NCBI GenBank assembly: GCA_025455395.1
Contig: JALOMO010000027.1
Coordinates: forward strand, 1-56,086
DNA length: 56,086 nucleotides
From: Bacteroidales bacterium
GTDB lineage: Bacteria > Bacteroidota > Bacteroidia > Bacteroidales > VadinHA17
Direction: 5' to 3'
Position 1 is the stretch's first letter. The number at the start of each line of letters is the position of its first letter. The translations under genes and the position numbers were made by a program. A model generated the notes under the pieces. That model saw only the letters and a program-made list of their open reading frames with translations. It was not told where the DNA came from and did no database searches. This document shows, piece by piece, positions 27,257-36,827 of this stretch.

Positions 27257-28003
27257 TTATGCCTCTGCTACAGGAGCTGCCTCAACCTGGTACAATCCTT
27301 TCTCTATCAATACCGAATGGTATAGGGTTGCAAACGAAGTTTTAACCCACATATCCGATACAAGGACGCCGATGAAAAGACAGATTAATCCTGCGATGTA
27401 GATGAAGAAGGCGACAAAACCCATAAGGAATATCCTCCAACCCTGTCCGCGGGTAAGCTTCCAGCTCTCCTCGGCTGCCTGAATAGGATCAAGACCGCGG
27501 TCCATTACCAGGTACGCTGTAAATGCCAGCCGGCATCCTATTATGATCCCAGGAATGATAAGGCATACTATCCCTATACCTACCAATGCAGTAACAAGCA
27601 GGTTAGCAAGGATTATATTAAGGTAATTCTTGCGAAATCCGCTGATGAGCATGTCAAAGTCGGGAGTCTGACGGCGTACAGCCTGTACGAACATCATCTT
27701 TCCACCATACTTGAATACAGGCATTAGAAGAAAATAGTACAGAAGACCCATTAACCCCATGAATGCGGCGGCGACTCCAAAGGCACCATACCTGAACATC
27801 TCCTCCGGATCAAAGTTAAAATGATCGAAGTCCCATTTGTCGGGTTTGAAATCCACATTAAAGAATGACATCGGAGTGACAAGAATTCCGAGAATGATCA
27901 CAACCAGGAAAAGTCTCAGAAAATTGTCAGTCATGACATTCCACCCTGTGCCATAAGCAGCCCGGAAGGATGGAATAAGACGATAAGTGTTTTGTGTTTC
28001 CAT
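27257..28003 (-). CDS. Integral membrane protein (DUF975/YciC-like)
   Basis: Multiple TM helices with CLIIPGII and AAEESWKLTRG motifs. Confidence 0.7.
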   Translation of the reverse strand: METQNTYRLIPSFRAAYGTGWNVMTDNFLRLFLVVIILGILVTPMSFFNVDFKPDKWDFDHFNFDPEEMFRYGAFGVAAAFMGLMGLLYYFLLMPVFKYGGKMMFVQAVRRQTPDFDMLISGFRKNYLNIILANLLVTALVGIGIVCLIIPGIIIGCRLAFTAYLVMDRGLDPIQAAEESWKLTRGQGWRIFLMGFVAFFIYIAGLICLFIGVLVSDMWVKTSFATLYHSVLIEKGLYQVEAAPVAEA

Positions 28004-28044
28004 TTTTTTGCTTTTTACTGTTCAGAAAAAATCATTTGATGAAG

Positions 28045-28137
28045 CAAATCTAAAAGCAACTCTTTGGATGGATTTCATACCTTAGTAGTGTTTTTTGAAA
28101 TTCCTACTTTAGTATGTGGGGCACTACTTTTGTAGTG
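28045..28137. promoter_or_regulatory. -7 box (minus strand) and three TAC-N4-GTA candidate regulator sites
   Basis: TAGATTTG on the minus strand at 28045-28052. TACCTTAGTA at 28078, TACTTTAGTA at 28105, CACTACTTTTGTAGTG at 28122-28137. Confidence 0.55.
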
Positions 28138-28169
28138 ACTGTTTTTCAATGCTTTAGACATACAATCTA

Positions 28170-29120
28170 ATGAAGATAGCAGTATTAATAATATTTATTT
28201 TCTGCGCAGCACTGGCATCAGGCAGCATCCTGCTCTCCTCGCGGCTTATCAGGGAGCATCCTCTTCCGCTCATGAGGTCGCTGTTTTATCATATCATTTT
28301 CATTTTCGCCTTCGGGTTCTATGGTGTATGGGGGCAGTTTATAATTGTGACGGTGGCTGGCAGCCAGCTCACCCCTGACCTGCTCTCCACAGTGTCGGTG
28401 GTATCACTGCTTATGGGAATGCCTTTCCTTGTCTTCGGATGGATGATGCTTCTGCGGTTTGGTTCAGAATATGCCGGGTACAGGTTCAGCAATTACCTGG
28501 TTGCACTGTTCCTGCTGGTCAACTTCGGACTGCTGGTATCCCTGGGTGTTGCTACCCGTGATATGGAGTACAGCGAAGGGATGCCCCTGATAAAATACTA
28601 TTACAGCGGATCTGTTATTCTCTTCTCACTTATAACTGCCTGGCTCATTGTCTCAGGCCGGGCTCCCTCATCCGGCAAGACCGACAGGCGTAGTCTCGCT
28701 GCAATTATTGCTGCAGGAGCGGTGGCACAGGCCGCAGTGCTCCTGCTCCTGCCCCATTCAGTATGGATGGCACTTGCATTTGTTTTCCTGCTCTTTGCTG
28801 TCACCTCCCTCCTGCCTGTATACCTGACATACCAGGCTGACCCGAAGACATATCATAGGGAAGATCAGGGTCATCAGCAGGAAAACCTGGACGAGTTCTG
28901 CAGAAAAAATGAGATCTCACCCAGGGAGGCAGACATAATCAGGGAGATCTGCAACGGGCTGAGTAACCAGGAGATAGCCGACAAGCTGTTTATAAGCCTG
29001 CAGACCGTAAAAGATCATACATCACGTATCTATTCCAAAACCAACGTGAGGAACAGGATGCAACTGATGACGATGGTACGGAGGATCATTCAGCTTCAAG
29101 ACGGCCAGGCAGATACTTAA
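28170..29120 (+). CDS. Membrane-anchored LuxR-family transcriptional regulator
   Basis: About 7 TM helices, then a LuxR HTH ISPREADII...GLSNQEIADKLFISLQTVKDH. Confidence 0.88.
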   Translation: MKIAVLIIFIFCAALASGSILLSSRLIREHPLPLMRSLFYHIIFIFAFGFYGVWGQFIIVTVAGSQLTPDLLSTVSVVSLLMGMPFLVFGWMMLLRFGSEYAGYRFSNYLVALFLLVNFGLLVSLGVATRDMEYSEGMPLIKYYYSGSVILFSLITAWLIVSGRAPSSGKTDRRSLAAIIAAGAVAQAAVLLLLPHSVWMALAFVFLLFAVTSLLPVYLTYQADPKTYHREDQGHQQENLDEFCRKNEISPREADIIREICNGLSNQEIADKLFISLQTVKDHTSRIYSKTNVRNRMQLMTMVRRIIQLQDGQADT

Positions 29121-29979
29121 ATCCGGGAAGGTCTTGCAGCATCTTGCCTGGACAGAAGATCCGGTAGGCTTCCGGCCATACTTTTGAAAGATACCTGTCC
29201 TGCTTGTCCCTTATCACTACTGCAAGCTCATCCATCGCAGGATCGTTATCTTGCTGATAACTGTACCCCGTCTGCTCCATGATCTGTGCCAGATCATTGA
29301 ATCTGCCCAGGTTCTGAGTGAGGAAATCAAGCTTTTTCTCGAGTGATTTTATTGCTGAAGGATTAAGGGGACGGAAAAACCATAGCTGGTAGAGAAATGT
29401 CTTTGTCTTCTTCCGGAACTCATGAAGCAGTGACTGCTTTGGGTTGTTCCTGCAGTCAAGATATGCCCTGGCCGCGATCAGATAGTTATTTTCAAGCTCA
29501 CCTGAGAGCAGCTTAAGATCAGGATTATCCAGTGTCAGGAACCGTACCCTGAAGAGTGCCCTTGTAAGCTGTGTGCCGATGGTCTTTATCGCTGTACTCT
29601 TCTCCGCAGCCATCTCCCATGATGAATAGGGCTTGCGAAGCATCTCCACTATCTTCTCTTTACTCTTGAGCCTCAGGAAAAGCTCAGGATGCTCCTTTCG
29701 GAGCTCCCTGACGGTTTTACGCAAGACAGATGTCTCACGCCATGAACTCAGGATGCGTCCTACCTCTCTCCCGGCAACATACTCACGGTTATATGAAACC
29801 TCGTCAAGCAGCGGTCTTATCAACCTGACGGTTGCTCTCTGCCTCTTCATCAGAACCCTTATATCGTGTATGGCATCGTCATCAGGAAACGGCGACTGCC
29901 CCAGCAAGGCCAGTGACTCCCTGAGATAACCTGAAAGTGCAGGTTTGATTTCTTTAAGTACTGTTAGGTCTGTTTCCAT
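29086..29979 (-). CDS. CHAD domain (polyphosphate-binding) protein
   Basis: IHDIRVLMKR, LHEFRKKTK and LGRFNDL motifs. Basic and helical. Next to the ppk1 cluster. Confidence 0.85.
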   Translation of the reverse strand: METDLTVLKEIKPALSGYLRESLALLGQSPFPDDDAIHDIRVLMKRQRATVRLIRPLLDEVSYNREYVAGREVGRILSSWRETSVLRKTVRELRKEHPELFLRLKSKEKIVEMLRKPYSSWEMAAEKSTAIKTIGTQLTRALFRVRFLTLDNPDLKLLSGELENNYLIAARAYLDCRNNPKQSLLHEFRKKTKTFLYQLWFFRPLNPSAIKSLEKKLDFLTQNLGRFNDLAQIMEQTGYSYQQDNDPAMDELAVVIRDKQDRYLSKVWPEAYRIFCPGKMLQDLPGFKYLPGRLEAE

Positions 29980-30155
29980 TTCGTCATCACCGATGGAGGC
30001 CCGATAAAGTTACACATTTGTAACAATTATGCCGTTCCTCCTGGGAGAACTTTGCTTATTTTTGCCCCAAGTAATTCGGCAGCAACGAATTGCTAATGAG
30101 CAATGATTTTGATACATTTGAAAGAAATTGTACAGGATCATATTTACAACACAAA

Positions 30156-31199
30156 ATGGGCAAAACAAGGTTACCTCAGAAAATAGGGATATTAACCGCC
30201 GGAGGCGATTGTCCGGGAATAAACGCAGCTATCAGGGGCGTAGGTAAAACAGCCATAGTAAAATACGGGATGAAGGTGATTGGTATCAGCGACGGCTTCT
30301 CAGGCCTGATACACAAGGAGTATATGGAGCTTACAGAGCACAGTCTGTCTGGCATTCTTACACTTGGAGGAACAATACTTGGCACATCGAGGGAGAAACC
30401 TTTTAAAAGTGAAGGCAAGCCAAAGAACGAACTCCGAAAACCGATACTTATTAAGGAACACTATGAACAGCTTGGTCTTGACTGCCTTGTATGCATTGGG
30501 GGGAACGGAACGATGAAGACGGCTTACATGCTGTCGCAGAATGGGCTTAACGTCGTCGGAATTCCCAAAACAATCGACAATGATATCTGGGGCACTGATA
30601 TAACCTTCGGATTTGATTCAGCGGTAAATATTGCCACCGAGGCAATTGACAGGTTGCACTCAACAGCAAACTCGCACAAGCGCATTATGGTAATCGAAAT
30701 AATGGGCCATAATGCCGGATGGCTCGCACTCTATTCAGGCATGGCCGGCGGAGGTGATGTCATACTTATACCTGAGATTGCCCATGATGAGGATGTAATC
30801 ATGAAATACCTGGCAAAAAGGGCCAATGACAACAAACCCTATTCCATAGTTGTTGTAGCTGAAGGAATCAAGGTTCCTGAGAACGAGGAGTCACCGGGAA
30901 GATATTTTGCCAGGAAGATACAGAGTGTTACGGGACTCGAGACAAGGGAGACAGTGTTAGGATATATACAGAGAGGCGGAACCCCATCACCGATGGACAG
31001 GGTCCTTGCCTCAAGGTTTGGCGCCGCAGCGGCTAACCTGATAGCCCAGGGTAAATATGGAAAGATGGTTGCCCACAGGAACGGTTCTATCTCCTCAATT
31101 GACCTCTCAGAGGTTGCAGGCAAGGTCAAGCTGGTTGAGGCTAATGACCCGATGGTGCTGCAGGCAAGGGAGATGGGAACCTGTTTCGGACGATGTTAA
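30156..31199 (+). CDS. pfkA: 6-phosphofructokinase (PfkA family, group III-like)
   Basis: GGDCPGINA, GGTILGTSR, GGNGT, PKTIDND, EIMGH, LGYIQRGG. Likely start at 30156. Confidence 0.92.
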   Translation: MGKTRLPQKIGILTAGGDCPGINAAIRGVGKTAIVKYGMKVIGISDGFSGLIHKEYMELTEHSLSGILTLGGTILGTSREKPFKSEGKPKNELRKPILIKEHYEQLGLDCLVCIGGNGTMKTAYMLSQNGLNVVGIPKTIDNDIWGTDITFGFDSAVNIATEAIDRLHSTANSHKRIMVIEIMGHNAGWLALYSGMAGGGDVILIPEIAHDEDVIMKYLAKRANDNKPYSIVVVAEGIKVPENEESPGRYFARKIQSVTGLETRETVLGYIQRGGTPSPMDRVLASRFGAAAANLIAQGKYGKMVAHRNGSISSIDLSEVAGKVKLVEANDPMVLQAREMGTCFGRC

Positions 31200-31216
31200 T
31201 TATTATTTTATTGAAA

Positions 31217-31744
31217 ATGAAAGAGACACGCAAAAAGGTAAAAAGGATTAAAAAGGTTATCCTTGTCAGGCACAGCAAAGCCGAAGCTCAGGCACCTGAG
31301 TTTCCTGATTTCGAAAGATCACTTACAACCAAAGGAAAAACCATCTCCAAAGTCATGGCGAACATCCTTAAGTCAAAGGAGAAGGAACTGGGATTGTTGT
31401 TGACAAGCCCTGCATTCAGGGCATACGAGACTGCATTAATATTCAGCAAAGCATATGGTCTTGATCATGACAGGATAAGGCTCTGCAGCGAGCTCTATTC
31501 CGGAATCGGCTCAAATGACATAATCTCATTCTTCAAATCATTTAGTGAAGATCATGACACTGTCACCCTCTTCGGCCATAATTCACTAATCTCCGATATG
31601 GCGAGAGCACTAAATTCAGGCGTCACCGAAGAACTCCCCAAAACGGGTATAATCTGCCTCTCATTCGTGGCCGACAAATGGAACTTAATCGAACCGGGGA
31701 GCGGAAAAACCGACTATTTCCTGAAACCCAAATCTCGCTTATGA
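31217..31744 (+). CDS. SixA-like histidine phosphatase
   Basis: LVRHSKAE, DFERSLT, SPAFRAYET, LFGHN. Confidence 0.8.
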   Translation: MKETRKKVKRIKKVILVRHSKAEAQAPEFPDFERSLTTKGKTISKVMANILKSKEKELGLLLTSPAFRAYETALIFSKAYGLDHDRIRLCSELYSGIGSNDIISFFKSFSEDHDTVTLFGHNSLISDMARALNSGVTEELPKTGIICLSFVADKWNLIEPGSGKTDYFLKPKSRL

Positions 31745-33810
31745 GCAAGGCCTATATACCAAAGGAAATTAGCTGGCTCTCATTCAACGGGAGGGTTCTT
31801 CAGGAAGCTGAGAACAGTGACGTCCCTCTTGTCGAGAGACTCAAATTTCTTGGTATTTACTCCAATAACCTCGATGAATACTTCAGGGTAAGGGTGGCGA
31901 CACTGAAGAGGCTGTCACTCTTCGGTAACAAGTCGAAAATTATACTGGGTTACAACCCCAGAACTACCCTTAAGAGAGTTCACGAGATAGTGCTTGAACA
32001 AAATGAACGTTTCGAGAAGGTCTATAAGCACCTGCTTAAAGAACTTAATAAACAAAACATCCACATAATAAATGAACAGCAGCTTGACGCTAAACAGGCT
32101 CTGTTCGTCCAGGAATACTTTCACAGGGAGGTACGCACAAGACTCATGCCTCTGATCCTCACCAAGGATGGCGGATTGCCAAACCTGACTGATGATGCCA
32201 TATATTTCGCCATATTACTGAAGAATTCAATAACCGATAAAAAGCGCTACGCCCTGCTTGAAATACCCGCCGGCATCCTGCCCAGGTTCCTGCTCCTGCC
32301 TGAAAGGGATGGCGGAAAATATATCATATTTCTCGATGATGTAATACGTTACGGGATGAAGGAACTATTCTTCATCTTTCAGTTCGATGAGATTTTTGCA
32401 TACACAATCAAGCTGACCAAGGATGCAGAACTTGATATCGCCGATGATATCTCTGAGAGCTATATAGAGAAGATATCAAAAAGTCTTCAGCAACGTAAAA
32501 AAGGAACCGCAGTAAGACTCGTGTATGACAGAAACATGCCTCCGGAATTGCTTAAAATTCTTACCAGAAAGCTGAATCTCGGGCCCGATGATGCAATTAT
32601 CCCCGGCGACAGATATCATAACCTGAAGGATCTGATAAGATTCGACCAGCCTGAAGGTGCCAGATTCCGATACAAACCACTGACTCCTATTCTGCATCAT
32701 GACATTAATCAAGGCAGAAGTATCCTTTCGGTGATTAAAAAGAAGGACCTGATGCTCTACTTTCCCTACCACCCGTTTGATCATTTCATAGATCTGCTCA
32801 GGGAAGCTTCCATAGATCCTAATGTAACTTCAATTGATATAACACTTTACAGGCTCGCAAGGAACTCCAGCGTAATAAATGCCCTTCTTAATGCAGCAAG
32901 AAACGGCAAGAGCGTTACAACTGTCGTCGAGCTTCAGGCCCGCTTTGATGAGGAGGCAAACATTATCTGGGGGAAAAAACTGCTCGACGAGGGAGTCAAG
33001 GTAATATACGGAGTGCCGGGACTTAAAGTTCATTCAAAGCTTTGCCTGATCACCAGGGTAAAGAACGATGTGGTACAAAGGTTTGCAGCTGTCGGAACCG
33101 GTAACTTCAATGAGGAGACTGCCAGAGTATACACTGACCACCTCCTGCTTACCGCGGATAAGAAAATCACCAATGAGGTAGTCAAGGCCTTCAACTTCTT
33201 TGTTGCCAACTACAGGAAGGAAAAGTTCTACCATTTGCTGCTCTCACCATTTTACCTGCGTAATAAGCTCCTGATGCTCATTGAGAACGAAATCAAGAAT
33301 GCCAAAGCCGGGAAGAGAGCATATATATATGTTAAAATAAACAACTTGACTGATGAGGAGATCATAGGCAAGATCTATAAGGCAGCCTCTGCCGGGGTGA
33401 AGATCAGACTCATCGTCAGGGGCATGCTTTCACTTGTTCCCGGAGCGAAGGGTGACATGGAAAATCTGAAGGCAATAAGCATAGTTGACAAGTATCTTGA
33501 ACACTCAAGATTCCTGATCTTCTGCAATGGGGGGGATGAACTGGTCTATATCACCTCTGCCGATATCATGCCCAGAAATCTTGACCGCCGTATCGAGGTC
33601 ACATGCCCCGTTTATGATGAATCAATCAGAAAGGAGATCAGGGATGTGTTTGAGATTCAGTGGAATGATACAGTTAAGGCAAGGATCTTTGATGAAACAC
33701 AGTCTAATAATTTGGTAAAGGTAACAGGTAACCCCATCCGTTCACAGATAGAGGTCCATAAATATCTTCTGAAAGCAGGAGAGGTGACTGACGATCCTAT
33801 TCCGGCATAA
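31741..33810 (+). CDS. ppk1: Polyphosphate kinase 1
   Basis: EISWLSFNGRVLQEA, NLDEYFRVRVA, TLYR, ARFDEEANI, KVHSKL, GTGNFN, LEHSR, RNLDRRIE. Start overlaps the upstream stop (ATGA). Confidence 0.96.
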   Translation: MSKAYIPKEISWLSFNGRVLQEAENSDVPLVERLKFLGIYSNNLDEYFRVRVATLKRLSLFGNKSKIILGYNPRTTLKRVHEIVLEQNERFEKVYKHLLKELNKQNIHIINEQQLDAKQALFVQEYFHREVRTRLMPLILTKDGGLPNLTDDAIYFAILLKNSITDKKRYALLEIPAGILPRFLLLPERDGGKYIIFLDDVIRYGMKELFFIFQFDEIFAYTIKLTKDAELDIADDISESYIEKISKSLQQRKKGTAVRLVYDRNMPPELLKILTRKLNLGPDDAIIPGDRYHNLKDLIRFDQPEGARFRYKPLTPILHHDINQGRSILSVIKKKDLMLYFPYHPFDHFIDLLREASIDPNVTSIDITLYRLARNSSVINALLNAARNGKSVTTVVELQARFDEEANIIWGKKLLDEGVKVIYGVPGLKVHSKLCLITRVKNDVVQRFAAVGTGNFNEETARVYTDHLLLTADKKITNEVVKAFNFFVANYRKEKFYHLLLSPFYLRNKLLMLIENEIKNAKAGKRAYIYVKINNLTDEEIIGKIYKAASAGVKIRLIVRGMLSLVPGAKGDMENLKAISIVDKYLEHSRFLIFCNGGDELVYITSADIMPRNLDRRIEVTCPVYDESIRKEIRDVFEIQWNDTVKARIFDETQSNNLVKVTGNPIRSQIEVHKYLLKAGEVTDDPIPA

Positions 33811-35380
33811 ATTCAGGGGCTTTGCGGTACCGAGTGGCTGACTCGTAAGCATAAGCTATCTCTATCAGTTGCGGCTCACTCCATGCCTTCGCGAAGAACG
33901 ATATACCCACCGGAAGTCCGTCAATGAAACCCATCGGTACTGTAATATTGGGATAGCCTGATATCGCTGCCGGAGATGAACTGCTAAGAACAAAAGCATC
34001 GCCGTTGATAAGGTCGGTCTTCCATGCCGGCGACCCTGTCGGTGCCATAAAGGCGTCAAGATCATTCTCTGCCATCACCCTGTCAATGCCTTCCTCCCTG
34101 ACAAGCCGGTTCATCTTACCGAGGATCTCAAGAAACTCCTGTGACTCAACACTACCCTTCTTCTGTGCCTCAATGAGCAGTTCCTGATCATAATACCTTA
34201 GTTCGATCGAGTCTCTTTTATTGAACTCGATAAGTTCCTCAACACTCTTCACAGGAGCAGCCTCTCCCAATGATGCAAAGTACTTGTTTAGTCCATCCCT
34301 GAACTCATACAGTAAAACCTGGAATGAGAGGGAGGATACTTCACTGCTGTAGATATTATCGATTTCCACCACCTCGGCTCCCTGGCTTCTTATAAAATCT
34401 GCCGCTTTCTGCATCAGAGTGTCAACCTTGAAGTGCTGCCCCCTGGCTGAGGTGTACCAGCCTATCTTTTTTCCCTTCAGTCCATCCTCTTTCAGGAAGG
34501 GGGTATAGTCAGTAAGATATTTACCTTCTGATGTGGCAGTCTTGCTGTCGGCCGGATCGACGCCGGTCATTACGCCCAGCGCAATGGCTGCATCGCTCAC
34601 CGTACGTGCCATTGGGCCGGGGGTGTCCTGGGTGAATGAGATGGGTATGATGCCGCTGCGGCTCAGCAGCCCCACGGTAGGCTTGATGCCTACTATGCCG
34701 TTGGCGGTTGCAGGGCATACTATTGAGCCGTTGGTCTCTGTACCTATGGCAATCATGCAGAGGTTGGCTGATACGGCTACACCTGACCCGGAGCTTGAGC
34801 CGCAAGGGTTGCGGTCAAGGATATAAGGATTCTTTGTCTGTCCTCCGACACCGCTCCATCCGCTCGATGACAGGTTACCACGGAAGTTGGCCCACTCGCT
34901 GAGGTTCGTCTTGCCGATGATAACAGCGCCGGCATCTCTCAGCTTCTGCGCCACATAACTGTCCTGTGCAGGATGTGATCCGCGCAGCGCCCTTGATCCT
35001 GCCGTTGTCTCCATCGCATCATGAGTGTCAATATTATCCTTGAGAAGCACCGGCACGCCATGCATCGGACCTCTTATCTTGCCATCCTTCAGCTCCCTGT
35101 CGAGCTCTGCGGCAATGGTCAATGCATCAGGATTGACCTGCAATACTGCATTTAAATGCGGACCGTTGTCGTCGATGGCCTCAATACGGTCAAGATAAGC
35201 CTGAACCACCTCAGTTATGGTAAAGTCACCGTTGGCATAGCCCTGCTGAAGCTGCATGATTGTGTATTCTTCAAACAAAAAGGATTTTGCATCCTCAGAC
35301 CGCGTGCCTCCGTCTCGCTTGCATGACAACAATGTAACGATACATATAAGGACAATAAGTGACCTCTGACAATTCTTCAT
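33797..35380 (-). CDS. Amidase-signature family amidase, lipoprotein
   Basis: LLKDNID, GKTNLSEWAN, PCGSSSGSG, GTETNGSIVCP. Lipobox LLSC. Likely start at 35380. Confidence 0.9.
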   Translation of the reverse strand: MKNCQRSLIVLICIVTLLSCKRDGGTRSEDAKSFLFEEYTIMQLQQGYANGDFTITEVVQAYLDRIEAIDDNGPHLNAVLQVNPDALTIAAELDRELKDGKIRGPMHGVPVLLKDNIDTHDAMETTAGSRALRGSHPAQDSYVAQKLRDAGAVIIGKTNLSEWANFRGNLSSSGWSGVGGQTKNPYILDRNPCGSSSGSGVAVSANLCMIAIGTETNGSIVCPATANGIVGIKPTVGLLSRSGIIPISFTQDTPGPMARTVSDAAIALGVMTGVDPADSKTATSEGKYLTDYTPFLKEDGLKGKKIGWYTSARGQHFKVDTLMQKAADFIRSQGAEVVEIDNIYSSEVSSLSFQVLLYEFRDGLNKYFASLGEAAPVKSVEELIEFNKRDSIELRYYDQELLIEAQKKGSVESQEFLEILGKMNRLVREEGIDRVMAENDLDAFMAPTGSPAWKTDLINGDAFVLSSSSPAAISGYPNITVPMGFIDGLPVGISFFAKAWSEPQLIEIAYAYESATRYRKAPEFMPE

Positions 35381-35449
35381 GACATTTAATTTTAGACTGT
35401 TAATATAAAAATTATGTTTGAACATTCAATGGCTTTGACAGGGCCGGAA

Positions 35450-36088
35450 TCATTCTGCCCCATCCCGGCTCAGCTCCGGATACTTCAGAAACACAATGAC
35501 CTGGCCATCTGAAAAACTGAGACTGAATGATTCCCCTACAGCTTCATTCAGCGTTCCCCTCCACCATGACCCCAGTGCAAGATTGTTAAGAGGATACCTC
35601 AGCCCCGTAGAAGTAATCTTCAATTTGTTGTCAATGCTGAAGAGCGATACCTGCTGCCCCGGGTGAGAGGCTATGATCACACTGCGGTCATAGACCCTGA
35701 ATGACCCGGTATCAGTCAGCATGATAGCATTTATCATGCTGCTGTAGTCGGCAAGTAATGAGATATTGCCCAGGGTATGATCTTCCCTGATGCCTGTGGC
35801 ACCAATGATCACAACCTCGGTAATTTCGTTCGCCACGCACCACTTGACAGCCTTGGTCAGGTCATTGGTATCCTGATCGTCGTCGGGAAAGAGCCTGTCG
35901 CTGTATTTTTCCTTCAGTGAATCAGAAATAGAGTCAAGGTCGCCGACAATAGCGTCAGGTATACGCCCGTATCTTTCCAGTTTTTCTGCAGCACCGTCGC
36001 AACATACGATCATCTCAGCTTCAGCAAGATGAGACAGTGGAACAGGGTTTACCGGGAAGGAGCCGTCAGCAAGTAATATTGTTTTCAT
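35450..36088 (-). CDS. thiN: Thiamine diphosphokinase
   Basis: CCDGA, IVGDLDS, DQDTNDLTKA, GATGIREDHTLGN, GLRYPL. Lies in a TPP-riboswitch operon. Confidence 0.9.
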   Translation of the reverse strand: MKTILLADGSFPVNPVPLSHLAEAEMIVCCDGAAEKLERYGRIPDAIVGDLDSISDSLKEKYSDRLFPDDDQDTNDLTKAVKWCVANEITEVVIIGATGIREDHTLGNISLLADYSSMINAIMLTDTGSFRVYDRSVIIASHPGQQVSLFSIDNKLKITSTGLRYPLNNLALGSWWRGTLNEAVGESFSLSFSDGQVIVFLKYPELSRDGAE

Positions 36089-36104
36089 TGTTGATTGTAT
36101 TTAT

Positions 36105-36134
36105 GGTCTGAAGGTCTGAGGTCTGAAGGTCTGA
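36105..36134. repeat. Short tandem repeat (GGTCTGAA/GGTCTGA x4)
   Basis: ggtctgaa ggtctga ggtctgaa ggtctga. Confidence 0.75.
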
Positions 36135-36180
36135 CGCTGCGCTACGTCCTGTGGTCATAAGGCCTATGTTCATGACATTC

Positions 36181-36213
36181 AATTCTTAATTCTTAATTCT
36201 TAATTCTTAATTT
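36181..36213. repeat. Heptamer tandem repeat AATTCTT x4
   Basis: Four perfect units overlap the PnuC-family gene stop codon (36207-36209). Confidence 0.85.
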
Positions 36214-36827
36214 ATCTCTGCTGCTGACTTCCTTTTCCATGCCCTCACGCCAATAACAGCCATGACAAAATAGACCATGAACAGTGCGGCTGTCGGAAAC
36301 ATTCCCATTTTCAGATATACGATAACTGCAACTGAGTTGGCCACTATCCACACATACCACTGTTCGAGATATTTTCTTGTCAGCATCCATGTGGCCACAA
36401 CAGAGAGTGAAGTTATCAGGCCGTCCCACAGTGGCACCGGTGAATCAGTCCACCTGTCAAGCAAGTACCACAACAAAACCCACAGCAAGAGAGCCGAGAG
36501 AAGGCAGTAGAGGGCTGTCCTTCCATCTACACTTATTACATTGCCACTTGCCCCACTGACGCTTCCGCCAGCCGGCGGATCGGTCAGTGCCTTTGGCCTG
36601 TGCCACTTGTACCACCCGTAGATGCTTATGGCAACATAGTAACCCTGCAACACCATGCCTGCATAAAAACCTTTCTGGCCAAAAACCCAGATATAGACTG
36701 CCGATGTGATAATTCCCAGCGGCCAGAGAAGGATGTTTTGCCTTATCTCGAGAATGACATAGATGATGCCTGTTACCGCACCAAATAATTCCAACATATG
36801 CTCACCAAGCCATTCGTTCATTTCCAT
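36207..36827 (-). CDS. pnuC: PnuC-family transporter, likely thiamine-specific (PnuT)
   Basis: ILLWPLGI, YGWYKW, WDGLITSLS, ATWMLTRKYLEQW. The start at 36827 overlaps the receptor stop (TGATG). Under a TPP riboswitch. Confidence 0.88.
   Translation of the reverse strand: MEMNEWLGEHMLELFGAVTGIIYVILEIRQNILLWPLGIITSAVYIWVFGQKGFYAGMVLQGYYVAISIYGWYKWHRPKALTDPPAGGSVSGASGNVISVDGRTALYCLLSALLLWVLLWYLLDRWTDSPVPLWDGLITSLSVVATWMLTRKYLEQWYVWIVANSVAVIVYLKMGMFPTAALFMVYFVMAVIGVRAWKRKSAAEIN

Noticed and set aside
29086-29120. Convergent 3' overlaps (LuxR/CHAD; also ppk1/amidase at 33797-33810)
   Set aside because: Short tail-to-tail overlaps are common in compact genomes, and nothing suggests a special function.
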